This document shows positions 28,137-38,704 of a stretch of DNA of 64,000 bases, piece by piece. A model generated the notes under the pieces. That model saw only the letters and a list, made by a program, of their open reading frames with translations. It searched no databases and had not been told where the DNA came from. Numbering within the stretch: the stretch's first letter is position 1; the number at the start of each line of letters is the position of its first letter. The DNA is taken from contig CAWCMR010000026.1 in the NCBI GenBank assembly GCA_963796685.1, positions 32,001 to 96,000 on the forward strand. Direction: 5' to 3'. Both the position numbers and the translations under genes were made by a program. This DNA is from an uncultured delta proteobacterium (GTDB lineage: Bacteria; Myxococcota_A; Polyangia; Fen-1088).

Positions 28137-28841
28137 ATGCCTTCCACGCCCCCCACCGACCTCACGATCAATCTCGGCCTCTCCACGCTGCTTGCGCACG
28201 CGTCCCTGCCGGTCCTGGCAGTCGTCATCGTGCTGCTGGCGGCCTCGACATCCGTCTGGATCGTCGGCGTCCTCAAGGTGCTGCAAGTGGGACGCTTGCG
28301 CGCGAGGGCGCGGGCCTTCGAGCAGCGGGCGCATGGGGTGCGCTCTGCCGCCGATTTGATTTCCCTGGTGCGTCGGGCACGAGAATCGGCCGGGGTACGC
28401 GTGCTCCAGACCATGCTGACGCGGGGTAGCCCGGCCGCGACCACACGCTTGCGCGCGGTCGCCGACCGCGCCATCGTCGACGAGGGGCAGCGCGCGAAGG
28501 TCCTCATGCCGGTGCTGGCCTCGATCGGGGCGGCCGCGCCCTTCGTGGGGTTGTTCGGTACGGTCTACGGAATCATGGACGCATTCGCGCGCATCGGCGC
28601 CGCCCGTAGCGCCTCGTTGCCCGTGGTTGCTCCGGCGATCGGAGAGGCCCTCATCACCACGGCCATCGGCTTGGCCGCGGCCATTCCCGCCGTGTTGTTC
28701 TACAACCTGGTGGACAAGCAGATCTCCGACTTCCTGGCCGAAGTCGAGGCGTCGGCCGCCGAATGGATCGTCATTCTTGCCGTCGAAAGCCAGGTGGCAC
28801 CGCTGGCCGCTCCGCTCGCGGACAGCGACGAGCCGGGCTAG
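28137..28841 (+). CDS. tolQ: TolQ/ExbB/MotA proton channel protein
   Basis: LASIG..APFVGLFGTV.GIM.AF, VVAP.I.EALI.TA.GL.AAIPAV..YN. Confidence 0.92.
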   Translation: MPSTPPTDLTINLGLSTLLAHASLPVLAVVIVLLAASTSVWIVGVLKVLQVGRLRARARAFEQRAHGVRSAADLISLVRRARESAGVRVLQTMLTRGSPAATTRLRAVADRAIVDEGQRAKVLMPVLASIGAAAPFVGLFGTVYGIMDAFARIGAARSASLPVVAPAIGEALITTAIGLAAAIPAVLFYNLVDKQISDFLAEVEASAAEWIVILAVESQVAPLAAPLADSDEPG

Positions 28842-28852
28842 GAGGGGCACCC

Positions 28853-29281
28853 ATGTCGCTCGCGAGCCGCGGCCGGGGATCGTCCAACTCTTCGTTCCGC
28901 GACATCAACGTCACGCCCATGGTGGACGTGATGCTGGTTCTGCTCATCGTGTTCATGGTCACCGCGCCGCTCCTGGTCAACGGTTTGCCCATCGACCTGC
29001 CGGAGGTCCAGGCCACGAACACCCCCATCGAGGATGCCAAGCTGGTCATCTCGATTACCGGCGACGAGAGGATTCTGTTCGGGGAAGAGGACGTCACCGC
29101 GAATCTGGAACGAATCCTGCGCACGGATCCCAGGGTCCAACGGGCGCACGAAGTCTATATTCGCGCCGACAAGATGGCCCACTACGGCGTGGTGGCCCGC
29201 GCCGTGGCGGCAGCCAGGTCCGCCGGGGTCACCTCGCTCAATCTCCTCGTCGATCAAGAGAGCGAGGGGCCGTTGCAGTGA
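28853..29281 (+). CDS. tolR: TolR/ExbD protein
   Basis: DINVTPMVDVMLVLLIVFMVTAP, IRAD....YG.V. Confidence 0.93.
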   Translation: MSLASRGRGSSNSSFRDINVTPMVDVMLVLLIVFMVTAPLLVNGLPIDLPEVQATNTPIEDAKLVISITGDERILFGEEDVTANLERILRTDPRVQRAHEVYIRADKMAHYGVVARAVAAARSAGVTSLNLLVDQESEGPLQ

Positions 29282-30309
29282 CCAGGGCAGGCTTCCGCGC
29301 CAGCGATGTCGCCATCGCCATCGCCGTGGCCAGCGGCGCCCAGTGGGCGCTCTTCCTGGCCTTCTCGTCCTCGTCTCCGCCGCCCGTCAGGGCGAACATC
29401 TCGGACGAGAATTCGCGGCCCATCGCGGTTTCGATCACGCCGGTCTCCACCATCCCGTCCGGGGAACATCGCCAGCGGCCGTTGCCGAAAGCGTGGCAAC
29501 GGCACAACCCCAAGCCCGCTGTTGCCCAGGCCGCTCCTCTCCTCGGCGAGCCGCAACCGCCGGCCGTGGTTTCGCCGACCCCCGCACTGCCCGACGCCGC
29601 GGTCCTCGCGGCCAGGTCGCCGCCCGATGCCGCGGTTCTTGCGGCCAGGCCGTTGCCCGACGCCGCGGTTCTTGCGGCCAGGCCGTTGCCCGACGCCGCG
29701 GTTCTTGCGGCCAGGCCGCTGCCCGACGCCGCGCCGTCCGGGAAGATAGCAGCGGTTCCTGCCAGCAGTCGGGCCGTGACCCGGTCGTCGCCCCAACGGA
29801 AGGAGCCCATCGCCTTGACCACCGCGCCTCCCGCCCACCTCGAGCGATCCACTGAAGCCACGCGGCCGCTTCCGCCGCCGGGACCGGTCGCCGGCAGCTC
29901 GGGGGGGATGGAGGGAGTGTCGGCGGCGCCCAGGTCGAACGAGCCGGCAGGCCCCGGTGCAGAGGGCGAGGTCGATCCGCTCAAGGCACACGCCATCGCC
30001 CTCTATCGCGCCGAGCTGGCCGCGTGGTTCATGGCGAGATTCGATATCCGAGGCAAGCTACCGTTCGCAACCTTGAAGGGGTTGCGGGCCCGGGCGGTGG
30101 TAACCATCTCGCCGGACCATACGGTGATCGGATACACGCTGGCGGCGAAGAGCGGCGATCCCACCTTCGATGCCCAGGTCCACGCCACGCTCGCCGCCAT
30201 CGAGTCGAGCGGCGCGCCGCTGCCGGCCCCCCCGCCGCTCTATCCAGACTTGCTCGGGACCTCCTTGCCGGTCAACTTCGAATGTACATCGAGGATCGCA
30301 TGCGAATAG
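29278..30309 (+). CDS. TolA/TonB-like energy transducer with Pro/Ala-rich linker
   Basis: N-terminal TM, Pro-rich linker, TonB_C-like end (SGDPTFD......LPAPP); lies between tolR and tolB. Confidence 0.75.
   Translation: MTRAGFRASDVAIAIAVASGAQWALFLAFSSSSPPPVRANISDENSRPIAVSITPVSTIPSGEHRQRPLPKAWQRHNPKPAVAQAAPLLGEPQPPAVVSPTPALPDAAVLAARSPPDAAVLAARPLPDAAVLAARPLPDAAVLAARPLPDAAPSGKIAAVPASSRAVTRSSPQRKEPIALTTAPPAHLERSTEATRPLPPPGPVAGSSGGMEGVSAAPRSNEPAGPGAEGEVDPLKAHAIALYRAELAAWFMARFDIRGKLPFATLKGLRARAVVTISPDHTVIGYTLAAKSGDPTFDAQVHATLAAIESSGAPLPAPPPLYPDLLGTSLPVNFECTSRIACE
29587..29733 (+). repeat. Coding tandem repeat, 33 bp x ~4.5 (LPDAAVLAARP)
   Basis: Near-identical in-frame units. Confidence 0.9.
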
Positions 30310-31646
30310 ATCGAAGGACTGGCGTGTGGGTGTTTTGTGCGTCGCTGCTGCTGACCGCGGCATGGTGGTCGATGCGAAACGTGAAGGCGCAGGGTTCCGA
30401 GGACAGTGTGCTGGGCACCATCGACGTGAACGGTTCGGCGGGTACCGCGCTGCCACTGCCGAAGCTGGCGATCGTGCCCCTGCTCACGCACGGGCAGGCC
30501 GACGAAGTCGCGCAGCTCGTGGCGCGAGGCGATTTCTCACTGTGCGGTCAGTTCGACGTCCTCGACGACAGCGCGGCACCGCCAGGCCCGTTCCTCGTCG
30601 AGGTGCCGCCCGATCTGGGCGCTTGGAAGCAGGCCGGCGCCGAATACGTGGTGCAGGTGTACGCGCAGGGCGCCGGGCAAGCCGACGGACACCTGGTTGG
30701 CGAGGCCTATCTCGCGAAGGTTGGCTCGGCCCCGGCGCCCATCGATGCCGGCGCCCCGGCCCTCGTCAAAGCCCTCTTTCGCACCAGCGTACCTTTGCGC
30801 CAAGACCTGCGTATGTCGGCCCACCGACTGGTCGACGTGTTGCTGGGCGCGCTCACGGGGCGCCCCGGCGGCTTTGCCAGCCGCATGGTTTATGCCGCGA
30901 ACGTGGGGACCGCGCGCCAAGTGTTCGTTCTGGATTCGGACGGTTTCGATTTGCACGCGGCCAGTCCACCCTTGGACACGGCGCTCTCCCCGACCTTTGG
31001 CCCGGGCGATGTCTTGTTCTATGCGCTCAGCCGGAACTACTCCCCCTTCAAGCTCGCGTCGACGCCGTCGGGAGTGCTGACACCGGACCAGGTTCCCGGC
31101 TCGCTCATGGGCGTGGCCTTTTCCGCCGATCGAGGCCGCATGCTCCTCATCGCGATGGCCGAGGAGGTGAGCACGATCTACCTCGAGTCGAAGGGCAAGC
31201 GACAAACCTATGCGCACGCGCCGCTGGCCAATCATCCCGCCTTTGGGCCGTCGGGCATGATCGCCTATGTGGCGGGTCGTCACGTGCAGCGCATTTACGT
31301 CGATCGTCGCCCCATCTCGCCGCCGGAGCTCATGGCCTCGGCGCCGGTGTTCTGCGAGACCCCGCAGGGACTCTTGATATTCTATACGGTGGAGACCAAG
31401 GGCGGTTCCGACATCGTGGCCAGCTATCCGAGCGGGCAGGGGTTGCACCGCCTTACGCAGCGGCAGGGCTCCAACCGGGATCCGGCGTGCAGTCCCGACG
31501 GTCGCCTGCTGGCTTTCTTCTCCACCCGCGAGCCCGGTAAGGGAGCCGGGCTCTACGTCATGCCCATCGCGCGGCCTTGGTTGGCGCGGAAGATCTCGGG
31601 CCAGATCGGCGATTCGCTGCGTTGGGCGTCTACCGTGGCGCCGTAG
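30300..31646 (+). CDS. tolB: TolB-like periplasmic protein (PD40/WD40-like repeats)
   Basis: D....GQF, AH...D.....LTG.PG.FASR, RLT..QG.N.DP..SPDGR.LAF.STR. Confidence 0.82.
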   Translation: MRIDRRTGVWVFCASLLLTAAWWSMRNVKAQGSEDSVLGTIDVNGSAGTALPLPKLAIVPLLTHGQADEVAQLVARGDFSLCGQFDVLDDSAAPPGPFLVEVPPDLGAWKQAGAEYVVQVYAQGAGQADGHLVGEAYLAKVGSAPAPIDAGAPALVKALFRTSVPLRQDLRMSAHRLVDVLLGALTGRPGGFASRMVYAANVGTARQVFVLDSDGFDLHAASPPLDTALSPTFGPGDVLFYALSRNYSPFKLASTPSGVLTPDQVPGSLMGVAFSADRGRMLLIAMAEEVSTIYLESKGKRQTYAHAPLANHPAFGPSGMIAYVAGRHVQRIYVDRRPISPPELMASAPVFCETPQGLLIFYTVETKGGSDIVASYPSGQGLHRLTQRQGSNRDPACSPDGRLLAFFSTREPGKGAGLYVMPIARPWLARKISGQIGDSLRWASTVAP

Positions 31647-32604
31647 GTCCCGCCTCCGCGGGGGCGGACGGCGAGGCGGGGGCGGGCGCGCCGGACGGGG
31701 CGGGGGTTGGGCTGGTTGCGCCGGGCATGTCGACGAGCTCGATTTCGACGCCTTCGAGCATCCCGCCTCCGGCGAACGCGGGTGGCTGTGCGGAGGGCGC
31801 CGTCACGCGACCGCTCACCGACAACGACGCCGGCGCCAGGCCCAGGGTCACCAGTCGATCCGCGACGAGGCTGGCGCGCAAGGCCGGGAGCGTGAAGACG
31901 CTGTGACCGCGACCCTTCGGGATTGGCCCGTAGACGACGACGCGAAATCGCCAACCCGGGGTGGTCGCCAGCGCTTGCGCCAGAGCTGCCAGCACGCCTT
32001 CCCCAGGGCGATGCAACTCGGCGCGACCGTTTTCGAAGAGCACGGAGGCCGGGATGAGCAGTACGCTCTGCCCGTCGTCCGAGCCCACTTCGATCTTGCG
32101 AGCCGGACCAGCAGACGCAAGGTTGTGCGCGAGCGTGCTCATGGCGGCGTTGCGGGCCTGGGCTTCGGCTTGCAGGGTCCGCAGCTCGGCCAGACGACGT
32201 TTGGCATCGTCGAGAGCCTGTTGCATGACACCCTTGCTTTCGAGCATGGCGCCCACGTTCTTCCCCAGCCGCTCGAGCTCTTTCTGCAGTTGCTGGTGGA
32301 GCGCCGTGGCCTCATCGAGGCGCGCCTGCAGGTTGTTGGCCTCCGCCTCGAGCCCCGCGACTTTCGACTGGCGGGCCTGCAGTCGGGCTTGCGTCTCCGC
32401 GAGCTCGGCAGCCAGAGACCGATTTTCTTCCCGGCTGCGCGCGGTATCGGCAAGGGCCTGGTCGTAGCGCGAGGCCCGCACCAGGCAGCCCGCCAGCAAG
32501 CAGAGCGCGAGACAGGCGCAACCGAGGGGGATGGAACCGCGCCCGTTCGGCATACGGCGGCTTGCCCCCCCGAGGGTGCTCCGGAGATGACTGGACGCAC
32601 GCAC
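31630..32604 (-). CDS. Coiled-coil lipoprotein with degenerate MotB/OmpA-like C-terminal domain
   Basis: Lipobox LAGC, long coiled coil, IP..VLF..GRAEL...G...L; alternative start 32553. Confidence 0.7.
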   Translation of the reverse strand: MRASSHLRSTLGGASRRMPNGRGSIPLGCACLALCLLAGCLVRASRYDQALADTARSREENRSLAAELAETQARLQARQSKVAGLEAEANNLQARLDEATALHQQLQKELERLGKNVGAMLESKGVMQQALDDAKRRLAELRTLQAEAQARNAAMSTLAHNLASAGPARKIEVGSDDGQSVLLIPASVLFENGRAELHRPGEGVLAALAQALATTPGWRFRVVVYGPIPKGRGHSVFTLPALRASLVADRLVTLGLAPASLSVSGRVTAPSAQPPAFAGGGMLEGVEIELVDMPGATSPTPAPSGAPAPASPSAPAEAGPTAPR

Positions 32605-32711
32605 GGGCGAATCCTACCTCGGCATTTCGTGGCGCCAAGCCCTTCCTGACACTCTGCCAACCGGATCCCGGCCGGGCCGACCGACGACCGCGGCCGGGCA
32701 TGGTCGCGCAC

Positions 32712-35700
32712 CTAGCGGGTCGGGGGCCCACTTGCCAGGGCCTCCTCCAGCTTCTCGATGCTGAGGGGCTTGGCCAGGTGCTGATCGAAGCCCGCTGTCT
32801 TGGCCTTGGCCAGATCCTGCGGCAGGGCGTACCCGGTCAATGCGATGAGCTGCACCTCGCGAAGCTGCTCGTCGGCGCGGATCGCCCGGGCGATTTGGTA
32901 GCCGTCCATTTCCGGCAGCCCGATATCGCACAGCACGACGTCCGGCTTGAACTCGCGCGCGACCTCCAGCCCGGCCGCGCCACGGTAGGCGACCACGACC
33001 TGGTGTTGGGCCAGGGTGAGCGCATCGCGCAGGCTGTCGGCCGCGTCCACGTTGTCCTCGATGACGAGAATCCGGCGCGTGCCGGCCTGGGGCGGGCGCG
33101 CGGCGCCGGAGACCTCCGCGGGCGGCACGTTCAGCAAGGGCAGTCGGATGGTGAGCTCGGCGCCCCGGCCGAGCCCGTCGCTCGACGCCTGCACCTGCCC
33201 GTCATGCTGTTCGACCAGACCCTTGACCAGGGCCAGGCCAAGCCCCAGGCCGCCCCGACTGCGGTCGAGGGTGCGGTCTGCCTGCACGAAGGGCTCGAAC
33301 AAGTGCCCGAGCAGATCGGGGTTGATGCCCACACCGTCATCGCGCACGCGAAGCACCGCCATGCCAGGAAGGCCGGCGGACTCTTCCAGGACTACCTGGA
33401 CGTGCCCACCCCGGGCGGTGAACTTCGCCGCATTGGCGAGCAGGTTGCCAAGGGCCTGGGCCAGGCGGGCGAAATCGCCGTTCACCCACAGCGGGCGCGG
33501 CACCACGCTCACCGTCAGCTCGAGCCCGGCGTTGGCAAGGGTCAACCGGTTGTCCTCGACCGTGCGGCGCACGAGGTCGCCCAATTCGAGGGGCCGGCGC
33601 TTGACCTGCAGCTTGCCGCGCGCGACGCGCGTCACGTCGAGGAGGTCATCGACGATGCGCGTGAGCTGGGCGACTTGTCGCTTGAGCACCTCCTCGGCGC
33701 GACGTACCTGCTCGCTCCCCGGTGCAGCTCGCTCGAGAATGAACAAACAATTGCGGATCGGGGCGAGCGGATTGCGCAGCTCGTGCGACAACATCGCCAG
33801 GAATCCATCCTTGCGCCAATCCGCTTCGCGCAGAGCCTCAATCAAGCGCTCGCGCTCGACTTCGGCCGCTTTGTTCTGGGTGATGTCCCGGTTCGACTCC
33901 AACACGCGGTCGACCCCGTCATCTCCGCGCAACAGCAGGAGCTTGCAGGATACGGCAATCGCCGCCCGCGATTTCGTCCGCTGTCCGAGCTCACCTTCCC
34001 ATTGCCCCGCGCGGCGCAGCGCGCTGACCACGTCGGCGAAGGGCAAGGGAAACTCGGTCTCGAGCAGCCGCAGCGGGGTCTGCCCTTGCGCCTCCTCGGG
34101 CGAGAAGCCATAGAGCAGCTCGGCGCCTCGGTTCCAGGTCTCGATGCCGCCGTCCAGGCGCCACACGAAGATGGCGTCATGCGAGAGGCGGAGCAGGTCG
34201 CCATAGCGACGCGCGGCCTCTTCGGCTCGCTCGAGGTCCGTAATGTCCACGAAGGTGATCCCGACGCCCGTGACCGACTGGTCCTCGGAGCGATAGGGCA
34301 GGATGCGCTCCAGGAACCACGCCGGGCCCTCGGCGCGGTGGACCTTGCGCTCGATGCCGGTTTCCGTCCGCAACACCGTCGCCAGATCCGCCAGCAGATC
34401 CCCCTCGACGAAGCGCGGAGCCAGGTCGCGGATGGGACGGCCCGCATCGCTGGGCCGGAGACCGAACAGTTGGCTGGCCGCCGGGGTGCAGCGCAAGATG
34501 CGCAGCTCGCGGTCGAGAAAAATCGTCGCGATCTGCGTGCCCGCGTAGTGGTGTTGCAGGTCCGCGTTGGTCGCGTCCAGCTCCAGGACCTTGGCGTGCA
34601 GCTCGTCGTTGGCCGATTGCAGCTCCTCTTTCGAGGTCTGCAGCTCCTCGTTGGCCGACTGTAGCTCTTCGTTGGTCGAGATCAGCTCTTCATTGGCCGA
34701 CTTCAGCTCCTCGTTGGCCGATTCCAGATCCTGCATGGCGGACTGCAGGTCGGCGCGCGTGGTGCGCAGCTCGTTCTCGAGCTGCTCGATGATGGGCAGC
34801 TCGGGCGCGGTGATGGCCTCCTCCTCGGGCGCGAGATCCGCGGCTGAGCTCATGCTCTGCAACACGATGGCGTAGAGGCCCGACTCGGGGACTACCGTGG
34901 GCAACGGCCGTGCCGTCAAGCGCAGGTGCTCGACGCCGCGATCCAACTCGATGGCGAGATTGTCGCGGACCACCTTGCGGTGGCCGCTTACCGCCTTGGC
35001 GAGGGCATTCCGCAGCTCGACGCGCAGGCTTCCTTGCGCCAGGTTGAAGAGGTTGTGGGTGGGCGCGCCCGCCGCCACTTGCAGGTAGCGCCCCGCGCGG
35101 CCGGCCAGGTAGAGGATGTCGCCGTGCTCGTTGGTGACCGCGCAGGGCGGGGCGTATTCCTCGAGGATCATGCGCTCGAAGGCCTGACTGAACGCCTGTG
35201 GCGCGACGGGGTCAGCGGCTTCCACGGTTCGCGCCAGCGAGGTTCGGTGGGTCGAGCGGCCCGTCAGGGGAAATTCCAGCGCTGGCCGCGGCACACCCTC
35301 TTGGCGGGAGAAGAGCCGCTGCTTCTTGTCGACCGTCGCGAACAGCTCGGAGTGGGCGGCGACGCCCTCGGAGGGTCCCAGCAGCAAAAAGCCGCCGGGC
35401 CGAAGCGCGTAGTGAAAGAGCGGCACCAACTTCTGCTGCAAATCGCCGCCCAGATAAATGAGGACGTTGCGGCACGAGATGAGGTCGAGCGACGAGAAGG
35501 GCGGATCCCTGATCAGGCTGTGCTCGGAGAAGGTACACATGGCCCGCACCTCCTTGCCCACCCGATAGCCGTCCTCGTCGCGAACGAAGAAGCGTTGCAG
35601 GCGCTCGGACGACACCTGTTCGGAAATCTGTTCGGCGTAGTGACCGGGCCGCGCGGTAGCCAGCAGCTCGCTGTCGATGTCGGTCGCGAAGATCTGCACG

Positions 35701-36764
35701 GAGCGCGCGACGTCGACCCGAGCCAGGTGCTCTCGCAGCAGAATGGCCAGGGAGTAGGCTTCCTCGCCGGAGGCGCAGCCCGGCACCCAGATGCGCACGG
35801 CGGCGCTGGGGTCGCCACGACCGACGATGGCCGGCACTACCTGGGTGGCGAGCGTCGCGAAGACCTCGGGGTCGCGAAAGAATTGCGTGACCCCAATCAG
35901 CAGATCGCGGTGGAGCTGCTCGGCCTCGTTCGGGTCCTGGTCCAGGGTGCGGACGTAGTCCTCGACCGTGACGGCCGGTTGCAGCTGGATGCGGCGTCGA
36001 ATCCGCCGCAGCAGGGTGCCGTGCTTGTAGCGGCTGAAGTCGTGTCCGGTGTGCCGTTGCAGAATTTCGCAGATCGAGCCGAGCTGGGCGGCAACCTGCT
36101 CGTCGAGGTCCTGCACCGTCTTGCGCTGCACTTCGAGCACGCGACCGGCATGGCTCAAGATGCGCGCGGGCATCTCCTCGATGGGTAGCGCGAGGTCGAC
36201 CAATCCGGCCGCGATCGCGTGCTGAGGCATGCTGTCGTACTTGGCGGTCTCCGGCGCCTGGGCCAGCGCAAAACCGCCCTGTTCCTTGATCGCCCGCAGC
36301 CCCGCCGTGCCGTCGCTACCGGCCCCCGACAGGATGATCCCAATGGCACGCTCGCCTTGTTCCCGGGCCAAGGAGCGCAGGAATGCATCGATGGGCGCGC
36401 GCATACCGTCCTCGGCCGGCCGCGCCACGCGCAACCGGCCCTGTTCGAGCGTCAACACGGCATTGGGCGGGATGATGTAGACATGGTTGGGCAAGGGGCG
36501 CGCCCCGTCCTCGGCCTGCCCCACCGGCATCCGCGTTTGCTTGCCGAGCAATTCGGCCAGCACGCTGGGATGGTGGCGATCGAGGTGTTGCACCACTCCG
36601 AAGACGAGCCCGGTGTCGGCCGGCATGAGGGAGAAGAAACGTTCCAGCGGCTCCAGCGCGCCCGCGGAGGCGCCGATCCCGACGAACAGGGATCCGCCCG
36701 GTCGAACGTCTGCTGCCCGGCCATCGTTCCCGCCATTTCTCGAGGTTGATTCCGCTCGCGCCAT
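32712..36764 (-). CDS. CheB-CheR-PAS hybrid histidine kinase/response regulator
   Basis: CheB: VGIGASAG, VQHL, LSG.GSDG. CheR: VTQFFRD, WVPGCASGEEAYS, DLISCRNVLIY. Coiled coil (ELQSANEEL), PAS domains, LSHELRNPL H-box, GLGLGL, C-terminal receiver (DIGLP.MDG). Confidence 0.95.
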   Translation of the reverse strand: MARAESTSRNGGNDGRAADVRPGGSLFVGIGASAGALEPLERFFSLMPADTGLVFGVVQHLDRHHPSVLAELLGKQTRMPVGQAEDGARPLPNHVYIIPPNAVLTLEQGRLRVARPAEDGMRAPIDAFLRSLAREQGERAIGIILSGAGSDGTAGLRAIKEQGGFALAQAPETAKYDSMPQHAIAAGLVDLALPIEEMPARILSHAGRVLEVQRKTVQDLDEQVAAQLGSICEILQRHTGHDFSRYKHGTLLRRIRRRIQLQPAVTVEDYVRTLDQDPNEAEQLHRDLLIGVTQFFRDPEVFATLATQVVPAIVGRGDPSAAVRIWVPGCASGEEAYSLAILLREHLARVDVARSVQIFATDIDSELLATARPGHYAEQISEQVSSERLQRFFVRDEDGYRVGKEVRAMCTFSEHSLIRDPPFSSLDLISCRNVLIYLGGDLQQKLVPLFHYALRPGGFLLLGPSEGVAAHSELFATVDKKQRLFSRQEGVPRPALEFPLTGRSTHRTSLARTVEAADPVAPQAFSQAFERMILEEYAPPCAVTNEHGDILYLAGRAGRYLQVAAGAPTHNLFNLAQGSLRVELRNALAKAVSGHRKVVRDNLAIELDRGVEHLRLTARPLPTVVPESGLYAIVLQSMSSAADLAPEEEAITAPELPIIEQLENELRTTRADLQSAMQDLESANEELKSANEELISTNEELQSANEELQTSKEELQSANDELHAKVLELDATNADLQHHYAGTQIATIFLDRELRILRCTPAASQLFGLRPSDAGRPIRDLAPRFVEGDLLADLATVLRTETGIERKVHRAEGPAWFLERILPYRSEDQSVTGVGITFVDITDLERAEEAARRYGDLLRLSHDAIFVWRLDGGIETWNRGAELLYGFSPEEAQGQTPLRLLETEFPLPFADVVSALRRAGQWEGELGQRTKSRAAIAVSCKLLLLRGDDGVDRVLESNRDITQNKAAEVERERLIEALREADWRKDGFLAMLSHELRNPLAPIRNCLFILERAAPGSEQVRRAEEVLKRQVAQLTRIVDDLLDVTRVARGKLQVKRRPLELGDLVRRTVEDNRLTLANAGLELTVSVVPRPLWVNGDFARLAQALGNLLANAAKFTARGGHVQVVLEESAGLPGMAVLRVRDDGVGINPDLLGHLFEPFVQADRTLDRSRGGLGLGLALVKGLVEQHDGQVQASSDGLGRGAELTIRLPLLNVPPAEVSGAARPPQAGTRRILVIEDNVDAADSLRDALTLAQHQVVVAYRGAAGLEVAREFKPDVVLCDIGLPEMDGYQIARAIRADEQLREVQLIALTGYALPQDLAKAKTAGFDQHLAKPLSIEKLEEALASGPPTR

Positions 36765-37280
36765 CGTCACCTTCAACCCGCTGGTTGCCCCCCTGTTGCA
36801 GGATCGCGCGCGTGCCGCGCCCTGCGCTAGCGACTTGTTGATAGAAGGCGGATGTCTAGCACACCCTCGCGGCATCGGCGATTGCAAGGCGATCATCGTT
36901 GCTGGGCCTCCATCGTTCGGCGCGCCCAAGCGACATCCCTATGCGCGCACGGTGCTGGCCTTCGCGCGATAGCGGTCAAACCGGATGCAGATCCTTGTGG
37001 ACTTTGGCGTCGGACCGCGGGAGCACGGTGATGCGGTCGAGAAGATGCGCGACCGCCCGTCGTCGGTCCTTGAGCATCTCGAATCCATTCATCGATAGAT
37101 CTCCCTTCCCAGCGAGGAAGAGCTCGTGATCTTTGGATGCGTCGGCGACGGTTTGGTCTCTGATGACCTGTCGATCTGATATCGATCTGCGTGGCGGAAA
37201 CGATGGCGCTGGCGTCCTGCGGTGGGCGCTCTCACCGCGACGTGGGTGGGCGAGATGCCGAGCGGCCCCGGCCGTCGTGG

Positions 37281-38163
37281 TTAGCGCGTAGCCTTGATGC
37301 CTTCTCGTGCCAGCAAGTCTTGCAGGGTACGCAGGTCTTGATCGCAAGCGGCCGTGAGCGCCGGCTTTGTCTGCAGCGACAACTCGAGCGAGCGCACGTT
37401 GCTGTTTTTCCGCGACAGCGCCACGATTTGGCGAGAGAGCTCCTTGAACCGGTCGAGCGCCGAAATGGCAGGAGTGAGAGCTCGGCGCGCATTTTGGGGG
37501 ACCATCTCGGTCAGCGACGCCACCGCGCCCCTCGCCGTCGCCTCCAGGTCGGCCATTTCCTGCTCCATCTTCGTCATGGCGGTATCGCTGGACTCGGCGA
37601 TATGCGGGGCATACAGCACCTGAATCTCGCGCACGGCCAGGACGGCCTTGCCAATCAGCTCCTCTGCGCGACAGCGTGCCTTGGGCGGAACCTTGGCCGC
37701 GACCGGGCCGAGGGAATCTCGGAAGGTATTTGCAATCCCGTACGCCGGACCAAAGGCCAAGTGTTGCGCCTTGAGATTCGTATTCTCGACCGCCAAGGCC
37801 AGGATGGTGCGGTCGAGCTTTCGGTACTCGGCGAAGTGCTTCCTGAAGTCTTCGAGAGCTTGGCTCTCCTTCGATAAACCCAGGTCGTGCAGGACGGTAC
37901 CAAGCGCCATGACGTCGCTGTCGACGGTCCGCACGGAGCTTCTCGGCGTCGCGTGCGAACGCAATCGACGCTGCATCGGTATCCGCCATGACGGCGCGAT
38001 TGGACGCGTCGACGCCTTGGCCGAACTGAATCCGGAGCTGCGCAGCCAATCGGTTCGAATCGGCAAGCTGGGTGAAGAAGCTGCGATGTCCTTCGCAGCC
38101 CAAGGCCACGGCGAGAACGGCGACGATGCCGACCGGCGAGCGAGATCTTCCGCGAGAAAGCAC
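37281..38163 (-). CDS. Exported four-helix-bundle sensor-like protein (one extra base near 37939)
   Basis: Signal/lipobox ALGC, ASNRAVMADTD.AS.AFA; joins ORF 37281..38543 (LA.ENTNLKA..L.FGP, LSR.NSNVRSL.LSL) after a one-base shift. Confidence 0.65.
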
Positions 38164-38266
38164 GGCGCAAGAGTAGCACGCCGCGCCTTCGTCCTGCCGA
38201 CAATCGGCCCGAAGTCGACGCTGGGCTCGGTGGGGCTGGGCTGCTCCCAATCGAGAGACCAAGAAA

Positions 38267-38533
38267 CTACTCGAGGTCGGCGCGCAGCTTCTTCAGCTTG
38301 GCCTCGATGTCGTCCAACTCGTGCTTCATCGCCAGCTTGTCCCTCTGGTACGCTTGGCTGCCCTCTCGTTGCAGCTCGTCCAGCTTCTTTCTCGCTTGCT
38401 GACTTCGGTGCTCGATATCGTGCCAGTCGGCCTCGGCTTGTTTTCTTGCGGAACCGCGCGCCGCCTGGGCTCGCGTTTTGAGTGTCTCGAGCTCCTCCTC
38501 CAGGCGAGTCAGCAATACCTTGGTCTTGGTCAT
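38267..38533 (-). CDS. Small coiled-coil hypothetical protein
   Basis: 88 aa, charged heptads, plausible ATG and codon usage. Confidence 0.65.
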   Translation of the reverse strand: MTKTKVLLTRLEEELETLKTRAQAARGSARKQAEADWHDIEHRSQQARKKLDELQREGSQAYQRDKLAMKHELDDIEAKLKKLRADLE

Positions 38534-38704
38534 CGAAGTCCACCAGGACGCAAGAGGCGTACCGAAGACTGCAATGCGAAGGCTATGATGGCGGCTGGCG
38601 CCGACCTTGGTCCATTCAAGCGCGTTCGTTACCAGACGGATACACCATGGTCAGCGAACGTTACTATCAAGTAATGCGCGCGGAGCTCGAGGACGCGTTC
38701 TCGC

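Noticed and set aside
36976-37092. Short minus-strand ORF MNGFEMLKDRRRAVAHLLDRITV...
   Set aside because: Only 38 aa with no recognisable motif; cannot be supported as a gene
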